DNA of 64,000 bases from Leptonemataceae bacterium (GTDB lineage Bacteria; Spirochaetota; Leptospiria; Leptospirales; Leptonemataceae). The notes under the pieces were generated by a model that was given only the letters and a program-made list of their open reading frames with translations, ran no database searches and was not told the origin of the DNA. This document shows, in pieces, positions 48,585 through 61,096 of this stretch (positions within the stretch are counted from its first letter, which is position 1; each line of letters begins with the position of its first letter). The stretch is taken from assembly GCA_965227295.1 (NCBI GenBank), contig OZ245742.1:992001-1056000 (forward strand), in the 5' to 3' direction. A program made the position numbers and the translations under genes.

Positions 48585-49319
48585 TTAGCGGTCTTTCGGC
48601 GGATAATACACCAGGGCGGCACCGGTGACGGCGAAGGCCGGCGCCAGCAAAATGCCAAGGATCGGAACGAAGAGCGCCAGAAAAAATGCGCCGCCGAGAC
48701 CGAAGATTTCCATGCGATGTTGTTTCGCGAGCTGTTTGCGTTCCCGGACCGAGGCGGACTCCTTTTCGAACAAAAGATCGAAGGATCCCCGCCCCAGGAA
48801 GTACGACTGCGCCGCGGCGTTCACCAGCGCGCTGAAGGGGCCCACCAGATAACTCACGAGCAGTATGACGATGCCCGCCGCGCTGTGCTTGAATCCCGTC
48901 CCGGCTCCGATGAGGGCGTTACGAAAATCCTGGGCCAGGGTCGTCGTACGGCGCTCGCCGGTGTGGATCTGTTCCACCTGCTCCAGGAGCGGCCCGAGAA
49001 ACGGAATGATCACGAGGGAAAGCACCGGCCGAAAGAGCACTAACGTCAACACGATTGCGGTTACCAACTGAAGAAAGTAGCCGGACCAGTCCAGGATCAC
49101 GACGAGCGTTTCGTTGGAGATGAACTCCGCGAGATAGTGTTCCCAGAGATAATGCCCGAGATATTCGGCGCCATAGAGCGAAGCCGTGAAGATCAGAGCG
49201 CCGGCAAGCAGGCTGACGAGTCCCGGCAGGATGACGTACTTCCACAGGCTGTGCCGGTAAATAAAGGCCATGCCCCGAAAGAAAGCAAAGAAACCGTCTT
49301 TCCATTTCACCGGATTCAT
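48585..49319 (-). CDS. EI24/CysZ-like membrane protein
   Basis: Hydrophobic ORF, IPFLGPLLEQVE, VPILGILLAP..AVTGA. Confidence 0.7.
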   Translation of the reverse strand: MNPVKWKDGFFAFFRGMAFIYRHSLWKYVILPGLVSLLAGALIFTASLYGAEYLGHYLWEHYLAEFISNETLVVILDWSGYFLQLVTAIVLTLVLFRPVLSLVIIPFLGPLLEQVEQIHTGERRTTTLAQDFRNALIGAGTGFKHSAAGIVILLVSYLVGPFSALVNAAAQSYFLGRGSFDLLFEKESASVRERKQLAKQHRMEIFGLGGAFFLALFVPILGILLAPAFAVTGAALVYYPPKDR

Positions 49320-50665
49320 AGATCGTACAGTCCCCGGCGCGCCGCTTTGCGGAGGATGCGGCTGCCTTCAGCGTTGTCGAAGTACGGAATGTGTTCGCCG
49401 GTGTTGCGCCATATCTCGAATCGCCCGGCGTAGTAGTTGCGCGCGTTGCGGAACTCGTCCTTTTTCACGTCGCTCACATACACGTTCCAGACTACCAACA
49501 CCGGCACAATGCCGAGGAATACCGGGCGCAAATCGTTTTGCCGGCGCAACCACAGGAGATACAACACCGCGCACAAGAATGCCGGCACGATGAGATACCG
49601 CGACACGTACACCACGCCGTCCTCGGGCAGCCGGGACAGCGAAGCCGCCGCAAGCGAGAGCAGCAACCATAATATCATCCCGGCAAAACTTAGTTCTTCC
49701 GGTTCCTTCTCGCTCCTTTGTCGACGCAATGCCGGCCGCCCGAACACGCCCCACAGCACCCAGGCCGAGGCGGCACAGAGGACGGTACCGACGATCAACT
49801 GCGGATACAACCAACCCGTGGAGCCGTAACGACTCACGTCCCAGCCGCCGAGAAAATCGAAAACCGAGCCCAGGGGGTAGCCGACGTGAAATAAAAAGAA
49901 CACGATCTTTAAACCGAAGTTCTCGAACGGACTGTCCTGGGCCACTACCCGCGGATTGTAATAATCAACGAAGTACAGGGCAAAGACCGCTGCGAATACC
50001 AGGAGCCACACGATCAGCGCTCGCCACCGCCCCGTCACCAGCAAGATCAAAGCCCCCGGCAGTACCAGAAACAAACCGTTGCCGAACACGAGCACTGCTC
50101 CGAGGGCCGCGGCCAGGGCCGCCGCAAAGTACGCCGCACCCGGCCGCGCAATCCACAACAGCGCGAGAAAGGCCGGCAAAAACACCGGCGTACTGGTCAT
50201 GGCCCCGGCCGTGTTCAACACCAGGGCGTAGTGGTGGAATTGAAAGACGAGCAGAAAGACCGGCGCCAGCACGGCGTAGCGCAGCAACGGATGTTTTACA
50301 TGATGGGGCCGTCCGGCGAAACACAACACGAGCGCGCTCCCGAACAACGTCGCCGCTCCCAGAAGGTTCATGGCGTAGAGATCGATCGTGCCCGCCCAGG
50401 CGAACAGCAGCGTCACCACGCGCAGAAAAACGAAACGATGCTCGAAGTACTGAGCCCACAGCAACGCAACGCGTTCGCCGAAAGTGCCGGCGTCCTGGAA
50501 TTCGATCGCGAACTTCAGAATCGCGGCGAAGTCGTCGTCGATGGGAAAGTCCGGCGTCAGCTTAGCAGTGTTTGCGTAGAAGTTAGCAACGGACCACAGG
50601 GCGGCGATGATCGCGAAACTCGCGGCGGCCGCCCTGGCCGGCATAAGACCGGGACCGTCCTTCAT
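49316..50665 (-). CDS. Polytopic membrane protein, GT-C/glucosyltransferase-like
   Basis: P.DDDF after the first TM, AQYFEHR, GNG, SRY motifs; >10 TM segments. Confidence 0.6.
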   Translation of the reverse strand: MKDGPGLMPARAAAASFAIIAALWSVANFYANTAKLTPDFPIDDDFAAILKFAIEFQDAGTFGERVALLWAQYFEHRFVFLRVVTLLFAWAGTIDLYAMNLLGAATLFGSALVLCFAGRPHHVKHPLLRYAVLAPVFLLVFQFHHYALVLNTAGAMTSTPVFLPAFLALLWIARPGAAYFAAALAAALGAVLVFGNGLFLVLPGALILLVTGRWRALIVWLLVFAAVFALYFVDYYNPRVVAQDSPFENFGLKIVFFLFHVGYPLGSVFDFLGGWDVSRYGSTGWLYPQLIVGTVLCAASAWVLWGVFGRPALRRQRSEKEPEELSFAGMILWLLLSLAAASLSRLPEDGVVYVSRYLIVPAFLCAVLYLLWLRRQNDLRPVFLGIVPVLVVWNVYVSDVKKDEFRNARNYYAGRFEIWRNTGEHIPYFDNAEGSRILRKAARRGLYDL

Positions 50666-50667
50666 GC

Positions 50668-52407
<1,740 letters not shown>

Positions 52408-52416
52408 CAATCCCGC

Positions 52417-53040
52417 ATGAATCTCGAAACATTCCAACAGGAAATCCGCGCCGAGGCCGAGCGCCTGCGCCGGGAATTTCAGATCGCCGAAGAAAACGAC
52501 GGCCGTGATTTCAACGCTCGCGAGGACGGCCGGGACCGAAGCCTGCTCGCCCCGCTGCGCCTGGATGAACTGCACTTCACACCGGCGCCTGTAACGGATG
52601 CGCGCGGAACCTATCGCTATCGCGACCTCGCCGCCTTCGATGATCGCGAGTTCATTCGGGTTGCCTATCGCGCGCTCTTGCGGCACAGCCCCGATCCCCG
52701 TGGCGAAGAAAGTTATCTGCAACGATTGCGCAACGGTACACACAAGGCCGAAATCCTGGCGCGCCTGCGCTGGTCTCACGAAGGGCGGACGCAGAAGGTT
52801 CACGTCCGCGGAATGATCGGACCGCTGGCGCTCGCCGCCCTGGCCTACGTTCCGCTACTGGGTGCTTTGGTGCAGTGGTGCGTCGCAATCGTAACGCTGC
52901 CGTCCGCCCTGTACGTTTTAAGGTTTCGCCAGGAGAAGTTACGCGCGCACCTGAATCGAAGTCTGGAACGCCTGGAGCGCAAAACGAACGAACAGAGCGC
53001 ACGCATCAACACTCTCCTGAGCGAAAACACCACCGACTGA
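52417..53040 (+). CDS. DUF4214-like domain protein associated with the glycosylation cluster
   Basis: DREFIRVAYRALLRHSPDPRG...YLQRL...KAEIL..L..S.EG. Confidence 0.7.
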   Translation: MNLETFQQEIRAEAERLRREFQIAEENDGRDFNAREDGRDRSLLAPLRLDELHFTPAPVTDARGTYRYRDLAAFDDREFIRVAYRALLRHSPDPRGEESYLQRLRNGTHKAEILARLRWSHEGRTQKVHVRGMIGPLALAALAYVPLLGALVQWCVAIVTLPSALYVLRFRQEKLRAHLNRSLERLERKTNEQSARINTLLSENTTD

Positions 53041-53046
53041 TTCCCC

Positions 53047-54171
53047 ATGCCGTCCTCCTCCACGATTCACTGCCGCCGCGCCGCCGTGCTGTTGCGCCGG
53101 GCCGGGCCGGGGGATGCCGTAAGCGCCGACGCCATGGGTCAGTGCCTGGCCCTGCGTGCGCAGGGCATCGAGGCACAACTTTTCGCTCACGACGGCGAAC
53201 TCCGCGGCGAAAACGTCCAGCCCGCCGCGAATCTACCGCGGTACGCGAATCATACTAAAGATCTAATCATCTATCATTACTCCATCGCCTGGGAAGAGGG
53301 TCTCGCCCTGATCGACCAAACTTCAGGAACGAAGATCTTAAAGTACCACAACGTAACGCCGCCGGAGTTTTTCGAACCCTACGAGCGCAACTACGCCCGG
53401 CTCTGCCGGCTCGGCCGCGGGCAACTGCATGACGTGGTACGCCGACCCTGGTTTCGATGGATCGGCGATTCGCGCTACAACGTCACGGACCTGCTTGCTG
53501 CCGGCGCCCCGGAGGAACGTTGTCGCATTGCGCCGCCGTTCGTACCCGTCGCGCCCCGGCGCCGCCTGGCGAAGGATCGCGCGCGAGCACGCAGGCAAGC
53601 CCTGGCCGCACCGCAGGGCCGAACGATCCTGAACGTCGGCCGCCTGGTGCCGAACAAGGGGCACGCCCTGCTCCTGCGTTCGTTCGCGTACTACGTGCAT
53701 GCCGTTCGTTCCCGGGGCGAGGCCCCGCCGCGGCTGATCCTCGCGGGGTCGATGGATCCGAACCTGAGTCGCTACTACGACGAACTCCGCCGCATCAGCG
53801 TGCACAACGGAATCGAAGCGCTCGTGACGTTTACCGGTTGGATCAGCGACGAAGAGTTGCGCGCGTGTTACGAGGTCGCCGATCTGTTGAGCATTACCAG
53901 CGAGCACGAAGGCTTCTGCGTACCCATCGTCGAGGCCATGCGCCGCGGACTGCCGGTGCTGGTGCTCGAACGCGGGGCCGTCGGTGAAACCACGGGGGAT
54001 GCGGGCATCGTGCTGGGTGAGGACGATGCGGCACAGTTCGGTGCGGCCATGGACCGGCTGCTGAACAATGCGGACATGATGACCGAACTCGCGCGCCGGG
54101 GCCGCCGACGTTTCCGCGGGCATTTCAGCATGCCGGCGGCGAAGCGCGCATTCTTCGAGGCTCTGCGTTAA
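53047..54171 (+). CDS. Glycosyltransferase family 4
   Basis: YHNVTPPEFF, VGRLVPNKG, SEHEGFCVPIVEAM. Confidence 0.9.
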   Translation: MPSSSTIHCRRAAVLLRRAGPGDAVSADAMGQCLALRAQGIEAQLFAHDGELRGENVQPAANLPRYANHTKDLIIYHYSIAWEEGLALIDQTSGTKILKYHNVTPPEFFEPYERNYARLCRLGRGQLHDVVRRPWFRWIGDSRYNVTDLLAAGAPEERCRIAPPFVPVAPRRRLAKDRARARRQALAAPQGRTILNVGRLVPNKGHALLLRSFAYYVHAVRSRGEAPPRLILAGSMDPNLSRYYDELRRISVHNGIEALVTFTGWISDEELRACYEVADLLSITSEHEGFCVPIVEAMRRGLPVLVLERGAVGETTGDAGIVLGEDDAAQFGAAMDRLLNNADMMTELARRGRRRFRGHFSMPAAKRAFFEALR

Positions 54172-54193
54172 CTTCACTGGAAATCATCTTACT

Positions 54194-55312
54194 ATGAACG
54201 GGAAACGCATCGCCATCCTCAACGCCCACGTCCATCGCGGCGACGCCGTCGGCCACGATACCCTGGAAATGTGCGCGGTCCTGCGGGCGGCCGGCCACGA
54301 TGCGCGCATCTTCGCCCCGGGCGCGGACGCCGGCCTGCCGCTGCGAGTGGAACCCATGCGGAATGTACGCGCATTCATCCAATCTCCCGACGACATCTTG
54401 CTCTATCACTACACCGTCGCCTGGGAAGAGCCCCTCCAGCTCTTTCGCGAACTGGAATGCCGGCGCATCATCAAATACCACAACGTAACGCCGCCGGAAT
54501 TCTTTGCGCCGTATCACTCCGGCTACGCCGACCTCTGCCGCCGCGGACGTTCCATGCTGCGCGAGTTCACGGCGACCCGGCCGGACCTCATGATCGGCGA
54601 TTCGCAGTACAACGTCCAGGACCTCATCGAAGCCGGCGCCGATCCGGAACGCACCGCGGTGGTGCCGCCGTTCCACGCCATCGATGAACTCATCGAAACA
54701 CTGGACGCCGATTTACACATGACCGCGCGGCTCAGTCCGGACGCCTTCGGTGCGCAGCGCAACGTACTCATGGTCGGCCGGGTGGTACCAAACAAGGGCC
54801 ACGAGTTGTTGATTCGTTCGTTCGCGTTGTATCGCGAGTTTTATGATCGTCACTGCCGGTTGATCATCGCGGGGAAACGCGAGGTTTTGTTGCACGGTTA
54901 TACCATGCACCTGCGTCGATTGATCGAGCGCCACGAACTGGAAGACGCCGTTCTGTTTACAGATCGCATATCGGCGGAAGCGTTGAAGGCGTGTTACCTC
55001 ACCGCCCACGCGTTCTGCATGACCAGCGATCACGAGGGTTTTTGCGTGCCTCTCATTGAAGCCATGGCCTTCGGCATCCCGGTGCTCGCGCTGGATCGCG
55101 GCGCAGTGGGCGAGACGGCCGGCGACGGAGCCATCGTGTGGAACGAAAAAGATCCCGCACTGTTCGCCGCAAGTCTCGGAAGGATCCTTGGCCGCGACGG
55201 CGAAGGCGACGCGCGGGAACTCGCCGAACGTGGACGGCAACGGTACCACGAGCACTTTACGAACCGTGTCATTCGCGAACGCTTCTTACAGGTGTTGGAG
55301 CCGTTTCTGTGA
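54194..55312 (+). CDS. Glycosyltransferase family 4
   Basis: YHNVTPPEFF, VGRVVPNKG, SDHEGFCVPLIEAM. Confidence 0.9.
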   Translation: MNGKRIAILNAHVHRGDAVGHDTLEMCAVLRAAGHDARIFAPGADAGLPLRVEPMRNVRAFIQSPDDILLYHYTVAWEEPLQLFRELECRRIIKYHNVTPPEFFAPYHSGYADLCRRGRSMLREFTATRPDLMIGDSQYNVQDLIEAGADPERTAVVPPFHAIDELIETLDADLHMTARLSPDAFGAQRNVLMVGRVVPNKGHELLIRSFALYREFYDRHCRLIIAGKREVLLHGYTMHLRRLIERHELEDAVLFTDRISAEALKACYLTAHAFCMTSDHEGFCVPLIEAMAFGIPVLALDRGAVGETAGDGAIVWNEKDPALFAASLGRILGRDGEGDARELAERGRQRYHEHFTNRVIRERFLQVLEPFL

Positions 55313-56544
55313 AACGCGTCGCCCTGGTGGTCCAGCGCTGTCACGCCGATGTCGTCGGCGGGGCGGAAAGCCTGGCCTGGCAGTACGCGGAATTCCTGCG
55401 CGACGCCGACGGCTACGCCGTGGACGTCCTCACGAGCCGGGCCGTGGACGCGGATACCTGGCGCAACGTTCTGCCGGAAGGCGAGGACTCCCGGGAAGGC
55501 GTGCGCATCTTACGTTTTACCTGCGAAGCCGGTCACGACCGACACTGGCAACAGGAACACGAGGTCCTCGCCCATCACTACCGCGCCGCCGCCCGGCGCC
55601 GTCGCAACAGCCTCCTCGAACTTCCCGGGACACCGACCATTCCCTGGACCCGCGCGCGCCAGGAAGATTGGGTGCGCCGCCAGGGCCCGTACAGCCGGGC
55701 GATGCTCGAATACATTCGCGAACACCACGCACGCTACGATGCGTGGATCTTCGTCACGTATCTGTTCGCGCCCACGGTCTTCGGCCTGCCCCTGGTCCCG
55801 CGCCGACGATCGATCCTGGTCCCCGCCGTGCACGACGAGGCGCCGGCCTATCTTTCGATCTATCGCGATCTGGTCCGGAGCGCCGGCTGCCTTTTCTGGA
55901 ACACGAAGGCGGAGTCGCGCTTCGGCGAGCAACTATGGGGCGCGGGCCTGAACGGTTCCGTGGTCAGCATGGGCATCGAAACGAACGTGAACACGGACGT
56001 CCCGCGGCCGCGTTTTCCGTACGCGTTGTACTGCGGTCGCATCGATCCGGGCAAGGGCTGTCAGAATCTCGTGGACTGGTTCGTGCGTTTCCAGAAAGAA
56101 CACCCCGGCCCGGCCAAACTTCTTTTCACTGGCAGTTTGCAGATGAAGTTACCCCGCCGACGGGACGTGCGCTATCTGGGGTTCGTCAGCGAGGCGGAAA
56201 AGTCAAAACTGATCAGCGCCGCGCGGGTCCTGGTGGTGCCGTCGCCGCACGAAAGTTTGAGCATTGTGGCCCTGGAAGCCCTGGCCCGCGGTACGCCCAT
56301 TCTGGTGTGGGGGCAAAACCCCGTGCTCCGGGATCATGCCGCGAGCGGCGGCGGCCTCACGTTCACGAGTTACGATGAGTTTCGCCAGGGCCTGGGCACG
56401 ATCCTCGCCAACGTACAATTGCGCGAACAATTCGCCGCCGCCGGACGCCCGTACGTCTGTGAGCGCTACGACATCGATCGGGTGCGCACACGCTTTTTCG
56501 AAGAGCTCGAAGGCCTGCTGCGGCGTGCGGAGGACGCAGCGTGA
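55309..56544 (+). CDS. Glycosyltransferase family 4
   Basis: GTG overlapping the upstream TGA; VVQR...GGAE, GRIDPGKG, ESLSIVALEAL. Confidence 0.88.
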   Translation: MKRVALVVQRCHADVVGGAESLAWQYAEFLRDADGYAVDVLTSRAVDADTWRNVLPEGEDSREGVRILRFTCEAGHDRHWQQEHEVLAHHYRAAARRRRNSLLELPGTPTIPWTRARQEDWVRRQGPYSRAMLEYIREHHARYDAWIFVTYLFAPTVFGLPLVPRRRSILVPAVHDEAPAYLSIYRDLVRSAGCLFWNTKAESRFGEQLWGAGLNGSVVSMGIETNVNTDVPRPRFPYALYCGRIDPGKGCQNLVDWFVRFQKEHPGPAKLLFTGSLQMKLPRRRDVRYLGFVSEAEKSKLISAARVLVVPSPHESLSIVALEALARGTPILVWGQNPVLRDHAASGGGLTFTSYDEFRQGLGTILANVQLREQFAAAGRPYVCERYDIDRVRTRFFEELEGLLRRAEDAA

Positions 56545-57782
56545 ATGCGAAACGCGCGGCGGTGATCGTGCAGCGCTGGTATCCCGGCGTGACCGGCGGT
56601 TCGGAGCAACTGGCGTTTGCGTATACGCAGTACTTAAAAGAAGACTATGACGTGGATCTCATCACCACGTGCGCGAAAGACGCGTTGACCTGGAAGAACG
56701 AGATCGATCCCGGCGAGGACGAGGTGCACGGTGTCCGCATACTGCGATTCCCGGTGTTGCGCGAGCGCGATGCGTACTGGCACGAGTTGCATCGTTTACT
56801 CATCCGGACCCATCATGTCCAACAGAGCGAACCGGTCCCGGAATCTTACAACTACTTCAAGGACATACCGCCGGCGTTCTTCTGGACCGCGGCATTGCAG
56901 GAAGAATGGATTCGCCGCCAGGGCCCGCACAGCCCGGACCTCGTCGCCTATCTTCGTCACAACGCCGCGGCGTACGACGTACTGATCTTCGTAACGTACC
57001 TGTATGCGCCGACCTACTTCGGCAGCCGCGATCTCAATCACGCGAACGTGCTGCTGGTGCCGACGCTGCACGACGAGATCCCGGCGCACTTCCCCGTCTT
57101 TCGCGACATGTCCCGGCGCTTTCGTCGTTGCCTCTGGAATACCGAAACGGAACGCGAACTCGGCGCGCGCCTGTGGAACAATCCGTCCCATGAACAGCAC
57201 CTCGTATCCATGGGCCTGGATACGGAACACGCGCCGGCCGAAAGTATCGCCGCCGTGCGCCGGCGTTACGCAAACGATGAACCCTACGTTTTGTACAGCG
57301 GACGCATCGACGCGGGTAAGGGTTGCGATCACATGCTTGAGTTCTTCTTGCGATGGAGAACGCGGCGCAATGCGCAGCAACGCCTCATTCTTACCGGCGC
57401 CCTGCACGATCTTCTGCTGCCGAAGGACGACGCCGTACGTTACGCCGGTTTCGTCCCCGAAGCGGACAAGCTCGCGCTCATGGCCGGCGCCGATGCGTTC
57501 CTCATACCGTCCGTAAACGAAAGCCTGAGCATCGTTACATTGGAAGCCATGGCCCAGGGCACTCCCGTCCTGCTGAATGCAGACGGCCAGGTGTTAATGG
57601 AACACCTGCGCCGCGCCGGTGGCGGGGCGGCGGCATATCACGATGCGAATAGCTTCGCCGCACAACTGGACGAGATCCTTGCGGTGCCGGGACAATTCCG
57701 CGGCCAGGCCAGACAATACGTTGTCGAAAACTTCGCGCACGATTCGGTGCGGCAGCGGCTGATCAAAGCGGTCCAGGCCTGA
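56541..57782 (+). CDS. Glycosyltransferase family 4
   Basis: IVQR...GGSE, GRIDAGKG, ESLSIVTLEAM; GTGA overlap. Confidence 0.88.
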   Translation: MNAKRAAVIVQRWYPGVTGGSEQLAFAYTQYLKEDYDVDLITTCAKDALTWKNEIDPGEDEVHGVRILRFPVLRERDAYWHELHRLLIRTHHVQQSEPVPESYNYFKDIPPAFFWTAALQEEWIRRQGPHSPDLVAYLRHNAAAYDVLIFVTYLYAPTYFGSRDLNHANVLLVPTLHDEIPAHFPVFRDMSRRFRRCLWNTETERELGARLWNNPSHEQHLVSMGLDTEHAPAESIAAVRRRYANDEPYVLYSGRIDAGKGCDHMLEFFLRWRTRRNAQQRLILTGALHDLLLPKDDAVRYAGFVPEADKLALMAGADAFLIPSVNESLSIVTLEAMAQGTPVLLNADGQVLMEHLRRAGGGAAAYHDANSFAAQLDEILAVPGQFRGQARQYVVENFAHDSVRQRLIKAVQA

Positions 57783-57815
57783 GGCACGTACAGCAAGCCT
57801 GGAGCGTTGCTCAAT

Positions 57816-58310
57816 TCAGCCCAGCGCTCTGATGTACTCCGGCTGAAGTTGCCAGACGATCATGCCGCGGCCGGTGGGGCGAGGGAACGGTAGATTCAAC
57901 GCCAGTACGGAACCCGGCGTAAAATAAAAGCCGCCTTCGCGCAGACCGGTCAGCGCCCCGGCCAGCCGCATTACGTCCGGTGCGTGAAAGATCCATATCG
58001 ACACCGAGTTCGCATCCAGCTCGTCGAAAATGTCGAGCGCGTCGTCGATGGCGAAACCGGGAGCAAGCCGGGGTTCCTCACTCAACCGCGGGTTACCGCC
58101 GCCGGCATTCGCCAGACTGCGCGTGAGCTGATCGCCGGTTTCCTTCGTGCGCGCCAACGGACTCGTGCGCACCTCGCCGACCTTCCAGCCCGTCCCCGCA
58201 ATGAACCGGCCCATGCGAGCAACGTCGGAGCGGCCGGTGTCGGTAAGGCGGCGCTGGAAATCGTCGATACCCGGCTCCGCTTCGCCGTGACGCATAATGA
58301 GCAACTTCAT
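57816..58310 (-). CDS. sixA: Phosphohistidine phosphatase
   Basis: LLIMRHGEA, R.LT..G, TSPLARTKET, FHAPD. Confidence 0.85.
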   Translation of the reverse strand: MKLLIMRHGEAEPGIDDFQRRLTDTGRSDVARMGRFIAGTGWKVGEVRTSPLARTKETGDQLTRSLANAGGGNPRLSEEPRLAPGFAIDDALDIFDELDANSVSIWIFHAPDVMRLAGALTGLREGGFYFTPGSVLALNLPFPRPTGRGMIVWQLQPEYIRALG

Positions 58311-58392
58311 CGTGCCAGTCGAAGACGTAGAGAAGATCGGTCAAAGAAATTATTGTTGGACCAGGAAAGGAAGCCGCGACATACAGTCCGAC

Positions 58393-59331
58393 GTGTCCAC
58401 GGCGGTCATTGAAAGCCAGGGGCTGACGAAGTTTTACGGAAAACTTTCGGCACTCCAGAACCTTGAACTCCAGGTCGGCTCCGGAGAAATCTTCGGATTC
58501 CTCGGGCCGAACGGCGCCGGCAAAACCACGTTCATCAAAATCCTGCTCGCGTTCATTCGTCCGTCCGGCGGCGACATTCGCATTCTCGGCGATAGCCCGG
58601 AGCGCCTGGATCGCGCACGCATCGGTTATCTGCCGGAGCGCGTAAGCATTCAGCCGTTCCTCACCGGCCGCGAGTTCCTGCGCTACCAGGGCCGGCTCCT
58701 GGGACTGAGCGGCACCGAACTCGCGAACCGCGTAGATCGTTGCCTGGAGCGCGTCGAACTCACCGAGGCCGCGGACCGGCGAGTCGCCACGTACTCCAAA
58801 GGCATGATCCAGCGTGTGGGCCTTGCCCAGGCCATCCTCGGCGAACCGGAACTGCTGCTCCTCGACGAACCGGCGTCCGGCCTGGATCCCATCGGCATCG
58901 CGCGCATTCGGGAGATCATGCTCGAAGAACGGAAGCGCGGCGCGACGGTATTTTTTAATTCGCATCAACTGCTCGAAGTGGAAAAGACCTGTGATCGTGT
59001 GGCCATCCTGAACCGCGGTCGCCTGGCGGCTCAGGGCCGCTCCGGAGAACTCTCTTCACGCCAGGGTGTCACCCTGGAAGTCAGCGTTACGAACGACGCG
59101 TTGAACGAACTCATTCGCAAGTACGATGCAACGGCGAACGCCGAAACGACCGTCGGCGGCGGCACACGCTACGAACTCTCCATTACAAATGACGAAGAGG
59201 AACGCCGTTTTCCCGCGCGGGTCGTGGAAACCGGAGCACGCATTGAGAAGTACGCGCGCCATGCGGAGAGCCTGGAAGAAATCTTTCATCGCCTCATAAG
59301 CGCGGGCGACACCGGAGCTGCGCAGTCATGA
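58393..59331 (+). CDS. ABC transporter ATP-binding protein
   Basis: GPNGAGKTT, YSKGM.QR, LLLDEP.SGLDP, NSH; probable GTG at 58393. Confidence 0.92.
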   Translation: MSTAVIESQGLTKFYGKLSALQNLELQVGSGEIFGFLGPNGAGKTTFIKILLAFIRPSGGDIRILGDSPERLDRARIGYLPERVSIQPFLTGREFLRYQGRLLGLSGTELANRVDRCLERVELTEAADRRVATYSKGMIQRVGLAQAILGEPELLLLDEPASGLDPIGIARIREIMLEERKRGATVFFNSHQLLEVEKTCDRVAILNRGRLAAQGRSGELSSRQGVTLEVSVTNDALNELIRKYDATANAETTVGGGTRYELSITNDEEERRFPARVVETGARIEKYARHAESLEEIFHRLISAGDTGAAQS

Positions 59332-60299
59332 TGTCCGTTCTGAATCGTGTGGGCGTTATCTTCGCGCTGACGTTCCAGGAAGCGCGGCGGCGACGCCTGT
59401 TGATCATCTTCCTGATCGGCTGCATTCTGTTTATGGGCGGCGGGGCGACGTGCACCAACGGCTGTCGGCACCTGGAGCGCAGCGGCTTCGACCAGTACCG
59501 CTGGCAGGTCGAACAGCAGATGATCCAGAAGCAGGTGCCGCAGGCAGAACAAAAGCGCCAGCTCGCCGAACTGGATCATCAGTACAAACTTCAGCAAAAA
59601 GAGAGCGAACGCACGCTACAGTCCGCCCTGGTGATCGTCGGCTACGGACTCATTGCGTTCTGGTCGTACCTGCTCGCGGCTTTTTTCATTCCGTTCCTGG
59701 CCTTCAACGACTTTGCGACGAACCTGCACGTCTTGATCCTGGCGCGCCCGGTCCGACGATGGGAGTACCTCTTCGGAAAATTCGCGGCGGCCGCGGGCCT
59801 GGTGCTCGCCAGCGCGGCGCTCCTGTTGCTCTGCTACTTTCCGTTGATGAAGTTCGTCACCGGCGGTTGGGGCTTCGAAATCCTGCGCGGTCTCCTGTAC
59901 TTGCTCCAGGGCATTATCGTGTGGATTTTATTGCTCATGTTTTTGAGCCTCGCCACGGGCCGCCTGATTGCCGTTTTCCTGGGCCTCGTCGTTCTCGCCC
60001 TGGGCATTGTCCCGGGTTATCTCATCGCCCTGCAAACACCGCTGGAAGGCGGCATTACCGGCCAGGCCGTAGTCTACCTGCTCGGTTACGGCCTCCCGCA
60101 ATTGACGGTGAACTTCGTCCACGGTTTCGGAGCCATGGCCGTGGACCTGCCGGGCCTGGAAGAGATGGTACGGGAGTCCGGTCTGCGGAAGATCGGGAAC
60201 CACAGCGCCTGGCACGCCATCCTGCTGAACTTTGCCTGGATTGCCCTCTTATGGACGGGCCTGGTGCTGATCTTTCGTCGTCGCGAACTGGACGCATAG
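59328..60299 (+). CDS. ABC transporter permease subunit
   Basis: ATGA overlap with the ATPase; LARPVRRWEYLFGKF, C-terminal IFRRREL. Confidence 0.85.
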   Translation: MMSVLNRVGVIFALTFQEARRRRLLIIFLIGCILFMGGGATCTNGCRHLERSGFDQYRWQVEQQMIQKQVPQAEQKRQLAELDHQYKLQQKESERTLQSALVIVGYGLIAFWSYLLAAFFIPFLAFNDFATNLHVLILARPVRRWEYLFGKFAAAAGLVLASAALLLLCYFPLMKFVTGGWGFEILRGLLYLLQGIIVWILLLMFLSLATGRLIAVFLGLVVLALGIVPGYLIALQTPLEGGITGQAVVYLLGYGLPQLTVNFVHGFGAMAVDLPGLEEMVRESGLRKIGNHSAWHAILLNFAWIALLWTGLVLIFRRRELDA

Positions 60300-60389
60300 T
60301 CCCTGCGTATCGAAATAATCCCGGATGTCCGTTCGTCTCATAGTGCAACCCTTGACATACAGGTCCGCGCCGCGGATCAATGTACCCCG

Positions 60390-61079
60390 GTGAGCAGCCC
60401 AACGTTACAACAAATCAACGAGAACATCTCCGTCACGGTCACGAACGGAAAGTATCTCACGCTGAAAACCCACCGCATGACCGGCATGGTGGAGAAGCAC
60501 ATTCAGCATGCCGTCGAAAGCATCCTCGACAAAAGCAAGCAGCCGTCCCTTGTCACGACGATCTATACCATTCTCAAAGAACTCGTAATTAACGGATGCA
60601 AGGCGAATCAGAAACGCATCTTCTTTGACGAACGCGGTCTGGACATCACGAATACCGACGACTACGTCGCCGGAAATGCCGAGTATAAAAAAATCTTCAG
60701 TGAGGACATGGCCCTCGAGTACGGGCTCAAGGCACGCACTCGCGGCTTCTACGTCGTGATCGACTTTCACTTCGACGACACCGGCATGACTCTCGAAGTC
60801 GTAAACAATACCAGCGTCGCCAGCCAGGAAGAGGCCGTGGTCCGGGAAAAACTGAAGAAGGCCATGGGCTACAACGACATCGCCGAATTCTACATGGAAC
60901 AGGCCATGAGCGAAGACGGCGACGAGGGCGCCGGCCTGGGCATTGCGCTGATCATCATCCTGTTGAAAGGCGAAGGCATCGATCCGAATCTCTTTCGCAT
61001 ATCCTTCGGCAAAGACAGCACCGTAGCGCGTCTGGAGATTCCGTTCACCGACGACTTCCAGAGCAAACGCGATCAGTAA
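60390..61079 (+). CDS. Stand-alone HATPase_c-like (anti-sigma kinase-like) protein
   Basis: LKELVINGCKAN (N-box-like) and EGAGLG (G-box). Confidence 0.65.
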   Translation: MSSPTLQQINENISVTVTNGKYLTLKTHRMTGMVEKHIQHAVESILDKSKQPSLVTTIYTILKELVINGCKANQKRIFFDERGLDITNTDDYVAGNAEYKKIFSEDMALEYGLKARTRGFYVVIDFHFDDTGMTLEVVNNTSVASQEEAVVREKLKKAMGYNDIAEFYMEQAMSEDGDEGAGLGIALIIILLKGEGIDPNLFRISFGKDSTVARLEIPFTDDFQSKRDQ

Positions 61080-61096
61080 GCGCGGCCGCAAACGCC